Origin: Tubulanus polymorphus
Taxonomy: Eukaryota; Animalia; Nemertea
Reading direction: 5' to 3'
Length of the DNA: 64,000 nt
Assembly (NCBI RefSeq): GCF_964204645.1
Contig: NC_134025.1
Span: forward strand, 11,160,001 to 11,224,000
Shown in pieces: positions 40,273 to 52,350 of the stretch. The translations under genes and the position numbers were made by a program. The notes under the pieces are model-generated. The model searched no databases. It saw nothing but the letters and a program-made list of their open reading frames with translations, and was not told the DNA's origin. The stretch's first letter is position 1, and the number at the start of each line of letters is the position of its first letter.

Positions 40273-40707
40273 TTTTACAACATCAAAACAAGAGAACTAA
40301 CTTGAAAATTTATTAACATAACATAATTAGATAACATAATATATCTCTTGATATTGTCAACAATATATGATATGTTGGATCAATAAAGTTATTTTGAATT
40401 TGAACGTATCGATAATTGAATTGGATTGACCGGCGACCAGTCTAGCCTGACATATTGATGATGTACGTAGTGCACATGTCAAAAATTAATTGTGAAAAAG
40501 ACATGAAATATAATCAAATAAGAATTAAGAGAATAATGAAATACGTCTAACTACAAAATAAATGCCAAAATTCACAATTTTTATTGTAATTGAGGCCTCA
40601 ATATCGATGACGTATTGCACATCGATTCACACAGAATCCTTATATAACGCATAGTTTTTATCGATGTATATGTATAAACAAATAGTAACAGTTTAACCGG
40701 CGACAAA
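40273..40707 (+). mobile_element. ~435-bp dispersed repeat family (MITE-like), copy A
   Basis: Shares with copies B-D the blocks caataaagttattttg..., tatcgataattgaattg..accggcgaccagtctag, atattgatgacgtagtgcacat (twice), gccaaaattcacaatt, cacacagaa and the end gtttaaccggcgacaaa. Confidence 0.85.
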
Positions 40708-40756
40708 TAATGAAAGCATTGGGACTGTACGAGTATTTACATGTGAAAACCAAAAA

Positions 40757-41500
<744 letters not shown>

Positions 41501-41590
<90 letters not shown>
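41501..41590. repeat. (TA)n microsatellite abutting the right palindrome arm
   Basis: Uninterrupted TA run of ~90 bp. Confidence 0.99.
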
Positions 41591-41591
<1 letters not shown>

Positions 41592-42587
41592 CAATAGTAG
41601 TTTTTCATTGATATCAATGTGATTTCATTGATATAAATGCGGAATGCGAAACTCGTCTATAGCTGCTCTGAGGTTGATTCATATTCATTGACGTACCTAC
41701 AACGTAAGCGAGCTCGAGTCCTGCGATTTAGCGAATCTATCCCTGAACATAATATGTATAAGCCGTAATACATTTCCGTTTATAAAGTTGAAATATTCAC
41801 TTTTCCCGTGAATTTACACCCAGTTGGTGTTAACCGGGACACAAATTTCGATAAAATTCAATTCCATTTTATCTAGAAGAAATGTTAAGAATTATGACGC
41901 CATTGGCATACTCCCGAGACTTGCAGTAAGTGGTCAAGAATTGGACTGGTTACCTATTTGCAAAATGGCATTATCGCTTAAGGTTTTTCATGCGTTGATA
42001 TGTTAACCTGACAGTCATCTTAAAAACCTGTCGGTTAGATCGAACATACTTGGACGGTTCTGGAATGCATGATAGCGAGATATTTATCAAAAATACGCTC
42101 ACTATGCGATTTAAGGTACCTCAATCTACTACCCCATTCGGATAGCCCGATCTACTACCTCACCTAATGTCCTGAAACTGAAACCCTTAACATGCATCTG
42201 TTATTCTATGTACAAAGCTCTGCTGGAAAATGTGGTCGGCCAACGTCTTTCTACTGCCCAGTAATGAAGCTGGGGATTCCCATTCTTGCCGCACCAACTG
42301 CAAAGTGACATACGACATAAGCGACATACGAAGAATCTTTCTTGAGCTTCATCGCGGGCCTAGTTGACCGTATCGAGTCTGCTAGTAGCCTATTTGTGGC
42401 ACGGCTCTGAATCAGTTCAGCTAAGCCAACGCCACCAAACGGATTTATTAACAGATTTCAAAATGTTTTCTGTGAGTGTCCAAAAAAGAGTTGGTCCAAC
42501 CAGTTATCCAACCAGATGGTGCCAAAAAACGTTATGCTCAGTGATCAGAATAAGATTTTGAAACTAAACCCTAAATTCATACGTATG

Positions 42588-42620
42588 CTAGAGAATTACC
42601 CGTGGAAACCACGGGTGATT
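42588..42620 (-). mobile_element. Candidate Helitron-type 3' terminus (GC-rich hairpin followed by CTAG)
   Basis: The minus strand reads ACCCGTGG-ttt-CCACGGGT-aattct-CTAG. The base after CTAG is C rather than the canonical T, and no 5' end was identified. Confidence 0.35.
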
Positions 42621-43000
42621 TCATTTGGCCCAGAACTTCAAAATGTTCAACTTATTGGCAATGGAATTTAGTCGGGTCCATGCCCGTGGAACTAACTGGG
42701 CAAGAGACTGCACTGTGAAATTGCTTACTGATTGGCTGAAATTTTGTCTGCCTCCGATTGGCCCCCCTATAGATATTTTCACAACCGTTTATTCCCGTTG
42801 CATTAGTTTATACAATGATTGACTACCACACAAAAATTCAAGGCCCAATTCTTCTCCACGGAGACACTATTTGGTACATAGTTTCGTATTAATATATAGA
42901 TGACATAAACTTTTGGCATGCGGTACTTTGCGATGTATGGGTCGTCAGTGTAATTCAGCTGGCATCGGAAAATATTTCGTGAGCAGGATGAAAGTTAGGT

Positions 43001-43494
43001 TTATTCGGCGTAACGTCGCCGGACTCCATTTCATGGAACGTCTTCATAAGTCGCAATAACGCTATATTGATGAATCTTTTGAAAAATAATACATCTATTG
43101 CTTGATATTGTCGATAATAAATGATATGACACTGATATATAAGGGCAAAATAAAGTTATTTTGCATTTGAATGTATCGATACTTGAATTGAATTGACCGG
43201 CAACCAGTCTAGCCTCAACATATTGACGACGCAATACACATTCTCTCAAAAAATCAAAACATCAAAAAGACATGAAAATTAATCAAATGAAGAATTAGAG
43301 TCATGAGATATGTTTAATCACAAAATAAACGCCAAAATTCACAATTGCCAGCAATTGTTTGAAACGCCAATATGACGTAATAATGATAAAAATGACGAAG
43401 TGCATATCACCGACTCACACAGAACCCCTTTGACGCATAGCATTTATCAATGTATATTTAAACATTATTGTAACGGTTTTTACCGCGCCGAAAA
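43001..43494 (+). mobile_element. ~435-bp dispersed repeat family, copy B (left boundary uncertain, clear from ~43080)
   Basis: aataaagttattttgcatttgaatgtatcgatacttgaattgaattgaccggcaaccagtctagcc ... cgccaaaattcacaattg ... cgactcacacagaacccc ... ggtttttaccgcgccgaaaa. Confidence 0.8.
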
Positions 43495-43615
43495 GTCGTT
43501 ACGTGAAATGGGCTATGCAAAACCATGTCCGTAAACATGAGATACGGCTTTAACACGGTCGTTATCTTACGGTCGTTTCTTTAAATCAATTACGCACGGT
43601 ATATCATGACGACCG

Positions 43616-44269
43616 ATGTACCGAAATATTTTATGTATTTTTTTGTCTGAGTACTTTTTCAGAACTCATTCCGACATAATATCTCGGTAAAATCGCCAAA
43701 CTGTTTAATTTATTAGAAATCATTTTCTCAGAGATTTTAAGTCAGAGTTAACTCCAATTCGTTTTTATTCAATGGAAATTCCCATTACTCCCGGTCCCGG
43801 AATAAGACTTGTTTCGAATTTACTCCGTTATCTCGGAATGAAATATTTTACATTGAATAAAGAAATTCCCGAATTATTTCCAAGTCTTTTCGACACTTCT
43901 CCAATTTAACTCGAGTTGATATCTAGGAATAAGATATATAACATTGAATAAAAACAATTCTCGAGTTAATTCGAGATATCATCTCGGAACATAATCTGAA
44001 AACTTCTTTATTCAATTTTAAACAATATTCATTCCGAGATATTATCTCCACCTTTTATTTAACGGAAATGTCCCCGGGACCGCGGGTAGTGGGAATTTCC
44101 GTTGGATAAAATAACGTATTGGAACTACTTCCGACATCATATCTCAGAGAACAATAATTTCGAATAAACTAAATAGTTTGGCGATTATATTCCCAGATAT
44201 TATGTCAGAATTAAATTATGTCAGAATTCGAAAATATATCTAATAATCCCGGGACGTTTCCGTACTATC
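43616..44269. mobile_element. Foldback/MITE-like element with long imperfect inverted arms
   Basis: Nested inverse pairs: ttccgacataatatctcgg..aatcgccaaact (43669) with agtttggcgatt..cagatattatgtcagaa (44210); ggaaattcccattactcccggtcccgg (43774) with ccgggaccgcgggtagtgggaatttcc (44074-44100); tatctcggaatgaa..ttgaataaagaa (43829) with ttctttattcaa..ttcattccgagata (44004-44041). Weaker outer pair gatgtaccgaaa / tttccgtactatc. Confidence 0.85.
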
Positions 44270-44911
44270 GAGAAACTAGAAGAAAACATCTTGAATATGA
44301 AGATGAGTTCTTAGTATGTCATTGGAAACGTCATTTTGTTCAAGTCAAGTTTCAGCACATAACAGCACTTGTCCGTGCTTACTTTGACCTTCTACAGCGC
44401 TTCTGAACCTTTTCTTCAAAATACAGATTGATTTTATTACTATCAAAATCTAGAATAAATCATCTTAAACTCTCCACGCTCCACATACGGCACTACGGGC
44501 AAGATTTGAAACATTTCAAAATGATATACAGCTTTAGACGGTCATAAACATTAATATGAAGTATAGTCTGCGTGTACAGAGAGAAATGATAAACATGTAT
44601 TTCAGCTAAGTATACCCAGTCTTTCAAAAGATCCATTGCAATTTCTGTACCTGGAGGATATGAATATTGCTTTTACTATTTTTATGAATATATTTTTGAA
44701 CTTGGTCTCGGCATGGAATTACAGCGCTAGATGTTAACATTATCATTAATAAATCAGTGCGCGTGAAGCATGTACCCAGAATGACGTATAGATGGCAGTC
44801 GCATAAAAGAATATCGGCGATCTTTATGTTCTATTTAGGGAGTACCTCCCTGGTTTTACTGAAGATGGCGCTCGGTCTTGAAACTACTCTACAGAACCGA
44901 TAGATTACGCC

Positions 44912-45235
44912 CCGTTAGGCGACGGACATTTCATTTTTGACTGTAACTTACCGAATTCCGTAAAAGCTACCCAAATTCATAAACCTTTCAAAAAACGGAA
45001 CTTTTAAACTGGCTAAATTTATCAAGTCAGGTCTAGATGTATATAGATCCATCCGGTAGTATGTAAATAGCATGTTGTAAATAACGTTTGTTATGTTTTA
45101 AAATACTTTTGTTTCCTGTTTTTGTGAATAATTGTAAATACTGTTTTTTTCCTCCGTATACCATGGAAATGGTTGGAGTGTAATAATATATTCGTATTCG
45201 TATTCGTATTCGTATTCGTATTCGTATTCGTATTC
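44912..45235 (+). mobile_element. Decayed LINE 3' end with (TTCGTA)n tail
   Basis: LGDGHFIFDCNFTEFRKSY (44915-) and LAKFIKSGL (45009-) resemble the 22772-23110 C-terminus. A T-rich UTR and a hexamer tandem tail follow. Confidence 0.6.
45189..45235. repeat. (TTCGTA)n hexanucleotide microsatellite, ~7 units
   Basis: tattcgtattcgtattcgtattcgtattcgtattcgtattcgtattc is directly visible. Confidence 0.97.
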
Positions 45236-48200
45236 TATTTCAATTTCATTTCAATTTCTAGTCCATCGTATGCTATTTCATCATTCATGTTGTATTGTCT
45301 TTTTGCTCTAAGCAAATGTACTTTTGTGAGCAATGAAATATTCTATTCTATTCTGTTCTATCACTATGGATTATGTAGGGTTGCTGTTTCATGGAAACGC
45401 AATTAAAACTCTTACTTGAAACAGAAAACAACGAGATTTACTTCCATATTACGATATATTTTACACCTTTCTGTCACGCAAAAGCGGCAATTGTGTAATG
45501 TAATGTTATGTAAGTGGGTTATCGGGTACAATGATCGAATAAGACACGTTGTTTGACAACACATTGTCATTTATTACAAAACAATAATGCAGACGAATAA
45601 AAATCACGACTGCTAGCTCTTATAGCCTTCTTAATGCGTCACGAATTTGCGTTCGAAAAGTGCTAAATCTCTGGAAAAAAGTAAACATTGACGACCTTTT
45701 GTTTTTACGATGTATTCGGTACAATGGGATGTCTAGTCAAGGTGTCGCACGAGCACGAGTACTATTTAAATCGGAACATCAAGATATAGCAAACCCGTCG
45801 CGTTTATTGTTTTTTTCAGGGCGTCGCAAACGAACCGAAAACAACAACTGTCGCCGCAAAGACATATGGCGATTACATCAAAATGATTATCATCCGTTAC
45901 GTGGAAAGACACGGGTTCATTGCCCAGAAATCGTTGTTTTTGCCAGTCTTCGAAAGTAAAACTCCAAGGTGCAAATATTATATTGCTTTTGGGACTTTTC
46001 GAGATGTCTTAATAGCATTGCACATTTTTACAAGACACGAACGACGTGGTCATAAACGACGAGAGATAAAATCTGCCTGTTGACTATGTCATTTCAGTTC
46101 AAAACTGTGACCGGCTAGGAATTGATAGACAGGCCATTGAATGATATGCAAGTCAAATCCAAATGAATAGAGTCGTAAACACAATAAATCAACAGCTGAA
46201 ACGTTGTGCTTTCGTTTTAATAGATTATATCGTATAAAAATTCGAATTGTGGGACTTCTTCGATTATAATAAATCTCATATTCAAATGAGTAAGTTGATT
46301 TATTCAAATCTACTTAAATCTATACTTCCTCATTTGAAAATGTATTGTGTTTACGTTTTTATGGTTATTCAACTACCGAAGATTTATATCAAAATGGTTT
46401 TGACTAAAGAAGTGTTATGTCGTTTCAATTCAATGGGGGTAAACCCTAAAATCATAATTTTCAATTTCAATGTATGTTAAGCCATTGACGTATAAACTAC
46501 CATGGTTAAGCTATGATAAGTCACTGTCAACAAATAGTGTTGTAGCAACAGCATCGTTCTTAGACCAGGAAAAAATAGCATTTTACATAGGAAATTACTT
46601 ATTTTCTTCTATCAATCGTCTAAAACGTATTGTCAATTAGTACATCGTAAAAGTCGATACACATTATAGTTTGGCACTTCTTTGTCAAACTATAAACTCG
46701 TAGACCCACTTGTCAATAGTCAAATATGATAGGATGCGGGACGTCTTCCTTCCGCATTCGTGAAGTACTCACATTCAATGCCTTATATGCATGGCACTTT
46801 TGAACAATACTGTTGCTGGCACTATCACCTTGGCATTGTAGCAACTGTAGAAAATTCCGTGTTTACATCCTACCGGTCATACATATTTCAAACAAACCGT
46901 AATTGTCGAGCGGAATAAATTTCCTAAGCGGTCGAGATCGCCCCGGGGTAGCTATCAATATTCATCGGCGATCCTTGCATCGGCGACAATTAGCGAATAG
47001 CGGCCGTTTTGTCTTAGGTTTAATTCACGATTTATGTCGGATGAATATTTGAGGGCATTCGGAGACGCTTCGACAATGCGGCCGAAGTTTGTTTCGACGA
47101 CGGTCGGTGTCTGTCCTCGGGCACCGGTGATTACGCGCGCAGTCCGTTTAACTTGTTGTCCATACCGGAAGACAAGCAATGCAATTCAATTATAACCCGA
47201 ATGGACACGATATTGATGGTTAATATATTATGAGTAGATGATAAACCCCAACAATTCGAAACGGATAATAGGGAAGAGGTTCGTATAATTGAGGCCTTTG
47301 TTCGGTTTTGATACCCACTCGCATTCTCACAGTTGCTTGGTTCGTAATTATCAGCGCAGGTGTCGAAACTAATCTAAATATAATCACCAAATATTGTACA
47401 ATAAACGCTGCAATTTTGGGTTGTCGTCCGATGATTATTCGATACAAAAATTTCCCAATTTCTAGATGAAAATGATTTGAATAATGGGACCGGGAACGCA
47501 GCAAGATTGTAAAAATAGCTCGTTGAGTATTAAACCTTGTTATGGCTTCTATGACCGGGAATTTGATGTAAAAACGTCTCAAACTCTAGTTTCGTAAGTA
47601 AAATCATAGGAAGATGGTAGGAATTGTGCAGTTATATGATCTCAACAATGAAAGAATTACCGGATAAAGGATCACATCGTAAACGTCATAATCCCATATA
47701 TATCATATCGTATATCGTATTACAGTTTAAACAAACAGTACAAACAATGTTATACACTTTTCGAACGGCAAAATCAACTCGGTTTCCATAACTGAAAACG
47801 GTCAAAAGATACCATTGAAATGTCGTAACATTTTGAATGACTTATCAACATGAAAAGGTGAAATGTGAAATGAAAAAAAAGAGACAGCGATAAATGGCAA
47901 GTAATTTGCAGGGGTTTTGCAGGGATTTGTATTTTGGGCGAGGAGGCATATCCTTCCCATCTCGAATTGAATGGGGTACACAATTGAAGTTATGAGAAAC
48001 ATTGCTCATCCGATAAGTTGGGCATGGGCACGCAACCTTTATCGAAACTTCAGTACATTTACATCATTCAAATCCTCCACTTTTCGTATACGTTTTGATC
48101 TAATGATTAAATTGTAAACGATTGCGTCATGCGTCGTCAGTTATAACCTGCACCTTGGATCCAGCTTTTGTTGTGCAATACTGCGCAGCTAACAATGACA

Positions 48201-49922
48201 GAAAATACCTATATCTGATGAACGACGAACGCTCTAACCTTTCTCTTCGTTATCGATTCTGCAGACGATTTCTGATTCAGGCGCGTATATAATCGCTTAA
48301 TCGCCGCCGACGATGATGATAATGTTTTCGGTAATACGTAACTTATGGTCCTGTTAATGACCTATTAATCAATTGATAATTGTAGGCATGTTCAACGTGC
48401 CCCCGTCTTGCCATAATTGTCATTTCGATATATCGACGTATCGCGGCCTATTAGTCTCTTTCAAATAAATGGCAGATTTATCAGATATGTAATGTGCTAA
48501 TCATCGTTCGGCTATCAATCGTATATATCATATTATAAGCAGCGAATTTCAAAATGGAAATCGGTATTTGGGATCGTGAGTACATACAGCACGAATGGCT
48601 CTCGATAATCGGACATTCTAAAATCAAGACTGCGTTTAAAGGGCTGTCCGTAAAAGACGTCCAGATAAAATATGGAATATTTGACCCTATGTCTACATAA
48701 AAGCCATATCACCTTGACTCCCTCCCCCTTGTCCGACGGACAGTGGACCTAACGTTTCACACTTGATAACGTTTTGTTGCAACATAAAAGTTGATATTGA
48801 TCAAATCAATATTAACTTAGAAAAGTCTTGAAATACTTATTTTACAGTGTTGTGTATTGAATTAATTCTTTTTTTTACAATGATGACTAATTTTACTTAA
48901 ACTTTCATCCGCAAAAGATGTCCTCTTTCAAGGTGAACCCCGTGGCTGAAATTGAAAACTGGTTCAGATAGGCTATAACAAAATGACTGTGCGACAGGTT
49001 CTGAGATCGTAGGAAAGGTTCCCAAACTTCTTAACGGTATTCGTTTGAAATATCTGTTCTGTACTCTTCGCAATCTGGCACATTCAACCCCCCAAAAAGA
49101 CCAAACATCTTTCTTTCATGCTGTATAGTGTAGATGTTCTATGGTGTAAATGTTTGTATCCTAATTTGAAAATTTACTCTGCACGTTCCAGTCCTTTTAT
49201 TCTTTTTAGTTTGCAAACTGGAGAGACGGAAAATCACCGAGAAAGGAAAAAGAAGTCTACCGATTCCTAAGCTCCACATACGCGGAAAGGTCAACTAATA
49301 ATACCGCATCTACCGTAATATCAAATACGTGTTCATTACTGACAAATCGCATTAAATGCACAATAGCAGCTACTTCTTTGAAATAACCGATTACAGCAAC
49401 GGTTCCTTTATGCGCGCAGATCTTTAATACGCTTCATCTGTAACTCCGTCATTCTCGGATTTTCAGAAGGCTAATGAACTCTATTTTCATGTTATTTCGC
49501 ACGGTTTTATGATGACACCTTAAGGTTAATCATCTGGTTAATCATCGTTCAATGGTTTATGTCTCACGCGGTTCTCTTTCTTTTTGTGCTCCAATATGGG
49601 GGCCATCTTAATTCCCGCATATATTTGGTATCGTGTCATCTTTTGATGTTAATACCGTAGTTTCATTTTCAACGTGACAGTACAAGGCGCAACATTATTA
49701 TTAAATACCCGGCTTGCTTTTGTCCGTAATCGTAATCTTCTCTCATCAATACGTCAGTTTATAACTTAGACTCGGCGAAGAATATTCTTTTATTTTCTCA
49801 CCAAGTCTCTCTTCCTTTCGTCGCGCGTAACGAAGATAGGAATCAACATTTTTTCGCAAATATTTCTAATTATGAATACAGCCTTCATTACAAAACGACA
49901 GAACCAACCACTTACAGAAGTT

Positions 49923-50040
49923 CTGGGCCCTGCTCCATAGTTGTGAGTTAGAGTTAACTCCGAGTTAAAATCAATTCATTTTCAATGAGTTAACTCAAAT
50001 CTAAGTCAAATTTAACTCATAACTGTGGAACTGGATCCTG
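49923..50040. mobile_element. 118-bp MITE with ~28-bp TIRs
   Basis: The left end ctgggccctgctccatagttgtgagtta matches the reverse complement of the right end, caggatccagttccacagttatgagtta. The interior has repeated gagttaactc motifs. A second partial copy lies at 38863-38935. Confidence 0.85.
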
Positions 50041-51400
50041 ATGTTGCTATGACTGGCAGTGACTGATATTAATCTCAGTATTAAGAGTTAACAAGACAGT
50101 ATAAGAAACCCTCAGTTGATATTGAAGTCTTTATTGTATTTTGGTTTGTCTGACGATGGAGTTCAGATAAACTCGGAAATGATGGTTTCTCACTGAGCGA
50201 GATTTCTTTTTTTTCAATTTCTGGGGAAGCCACAACCAAGAGCCGAAAACATGCAAGGATTGTTTTTGTAATGTAAACATATTTCATTTGAATCGAACAT
50301 AGAAATAAAGTGTGAATAGAATATATAATCGGAACAGGAAATTTTTTTGATATGGACAAAATCTTAATTCACGTAAAACACCGTTTAAGATTGAATCAGA
50401 ACTTCGCTTAGAATAGTTCTTTTTTCACAAAAAAAAAACAAGAAGAAATTATTTTGCCTAAAACTTGGCCATAACTTGATAAAACTAATAGCAGTAGACT
50501 ACATTCCACCGAAATTTAGTATATTCAATAAGTAGATCTCATTTAGAAGAATGCAGCATCACCCGTTTTCAATCGCAAGTCTTGAAGTAACAATAATTGT
50601 TGTTTGTCTTGAAATCTCGCTTCGGTGTTTTATTCCGCAGGGAAATACATGCATGCTGAAGATTCCGTCTGAAATTAATACCGAAAATCAATTCCGGTAG
50701 CTTCACGCGCGAAAAAAAACCCAATAATCCCCCTATGCAATCATCGAAAAGAACTGCTTTTTCTTTCATATTAGCATAAGTTATAATCACAATGGATTAA
50801 GCACAAATGGTTGTTGTTGTTCCTTGGGCAGATTTTCCATCGTCATTTTACTTTATCGCGACGAAGATAAGGCAGTTCGAGCGATCAGCAGATGTTTTGC
50901 TTTGTTAAAAAACCTCAGTATATCGAACGATTCAAATATAAACTTCACATGTCGTTGACCCCAGTATGGAATAGGATTTTAGGAATAACAACGTAAAAAC
51001 AAATTACTAGATACATACAATGATGCAGGATGTTTTAAGAAGAAATAACATTGCAAATTTTCAATTTCATTTCAGTCCAATTCATTGAAAAAATACAGTT
51101 GCTTTGAAACATTAATTACATATGTCCATAGAACAGGCCATCGAAAAGTAACTTCCCTCACGCTGAGATTTGACGAAATTCGAGATGATATTTTTCCCAT
51201 TCTAGGATATTTGTGCTAGTAAAAGGCGTGCAATTGCACGGTCAAAAATTGCCGACACAAATGGCACCAATTTTACATTAATCATCGGGATTTTCCTATC
51301 AAGCAGGCATCAATTTGTCCACGCCGCGTTATTTTAATAAAAAAAAGAATCGGCTATAGACAAGGAATTGTGAACCAAAATTGACCCTAGCCCCTAGGAA

Positions 51401-51427
51401 ATCGAGTGCTTCCATCGAGTGCTTCCA
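51401..51427. repeat. 13-bp tandem duplication
   Basis: atcgagtgcttcc atcgagtgcttcc a. Confidence 0.9.
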
Positions 51428-52221
51428 CAAAATATACAGTTTATATTGTGTCGTCTCACGCTGTGAAAGAGCCAGCGATACTAATCACATCTTTTCGGTG
51501 TCGTTCGTGGAAATAAGCTCCGTGTTCCACATAGAAAGATAGGGGTATAAGATGTTGTTTTCGTACGGCGCTATCGCCGGTCCTAGAAGGCAGGTAGTCA
51601 TCGCCGACTGCTTTTGTCGCGGAGGGGAACTCGCCGCTGGCGTTAGCCATCTGCCAAAGATGTACAACGTCGCACAGGGCAAGCCGGGCATTCACCGAAC
51701 GCAATAAGATTCCTGTTCTGTCTTCAAACTGGTAATGCATACCCGGCTATTCTCTTAAGAAGTCCATTGCAAGGAGACGAGTAGTTATGGGGTATCACGT
51801 TATTGCCTTAAGACACGAGGGTGACACTTCAATGAAAGAATACGTACGTACGGACAATTAGAATAACGAACACGAATAGCGATACCGAACAAACAATATG
51901 ATATTCATTTTTAAAACTAATCTCGAGAATTAGTTATATATGCTGATTCTAGACACTCGTTCGAATAGCTTTTCACAAGTTCATATCACTTTTCATATCA
52001 TAACGAAACGTTGACAGACATATTTGAGCAAACAATCTATCATGATATCAAGTTTTTTATGGCTGATGTAAAATTGGCATATGTCTAATTAATTATGCGA
52101 TTTTGGCCTTAAAATTAACCATTCAAAATGAATAAAACAAAACAATAGTCAAATTTTAAAAAAGATACATGAGCATCATTTTGGCTAAAATACTCTGATG
52201 TGCATCTATCTGACAAGTAGC

Positions 52222-52350
52222 ATAGAAATATTGTTTTCAAAGCCTTCGGATATTGGACTAATTGGAGATGTTAGCGAAGAAGCATTTGCGAAGTCTGAAC
52301 GCCTGTTCAAGCCTTACCACCGCGACTGTAACGCCTGAGACTAGCTGGTA
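52222..52350 (+). pseudogene. Possible relic of a Transib-type DDE transposase C-terminal motif
   Basis: Reads IEILFSKPSDIGLIGDVSEEAFAKSERLFKPYHRDCNA*, followed by g-act-agc-tgg. Compare the Transib pattern IGxxSEEAxExxNKxFKxYRxxHARKxSR. The match is short and judged by eye. Confidence 0.35.
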
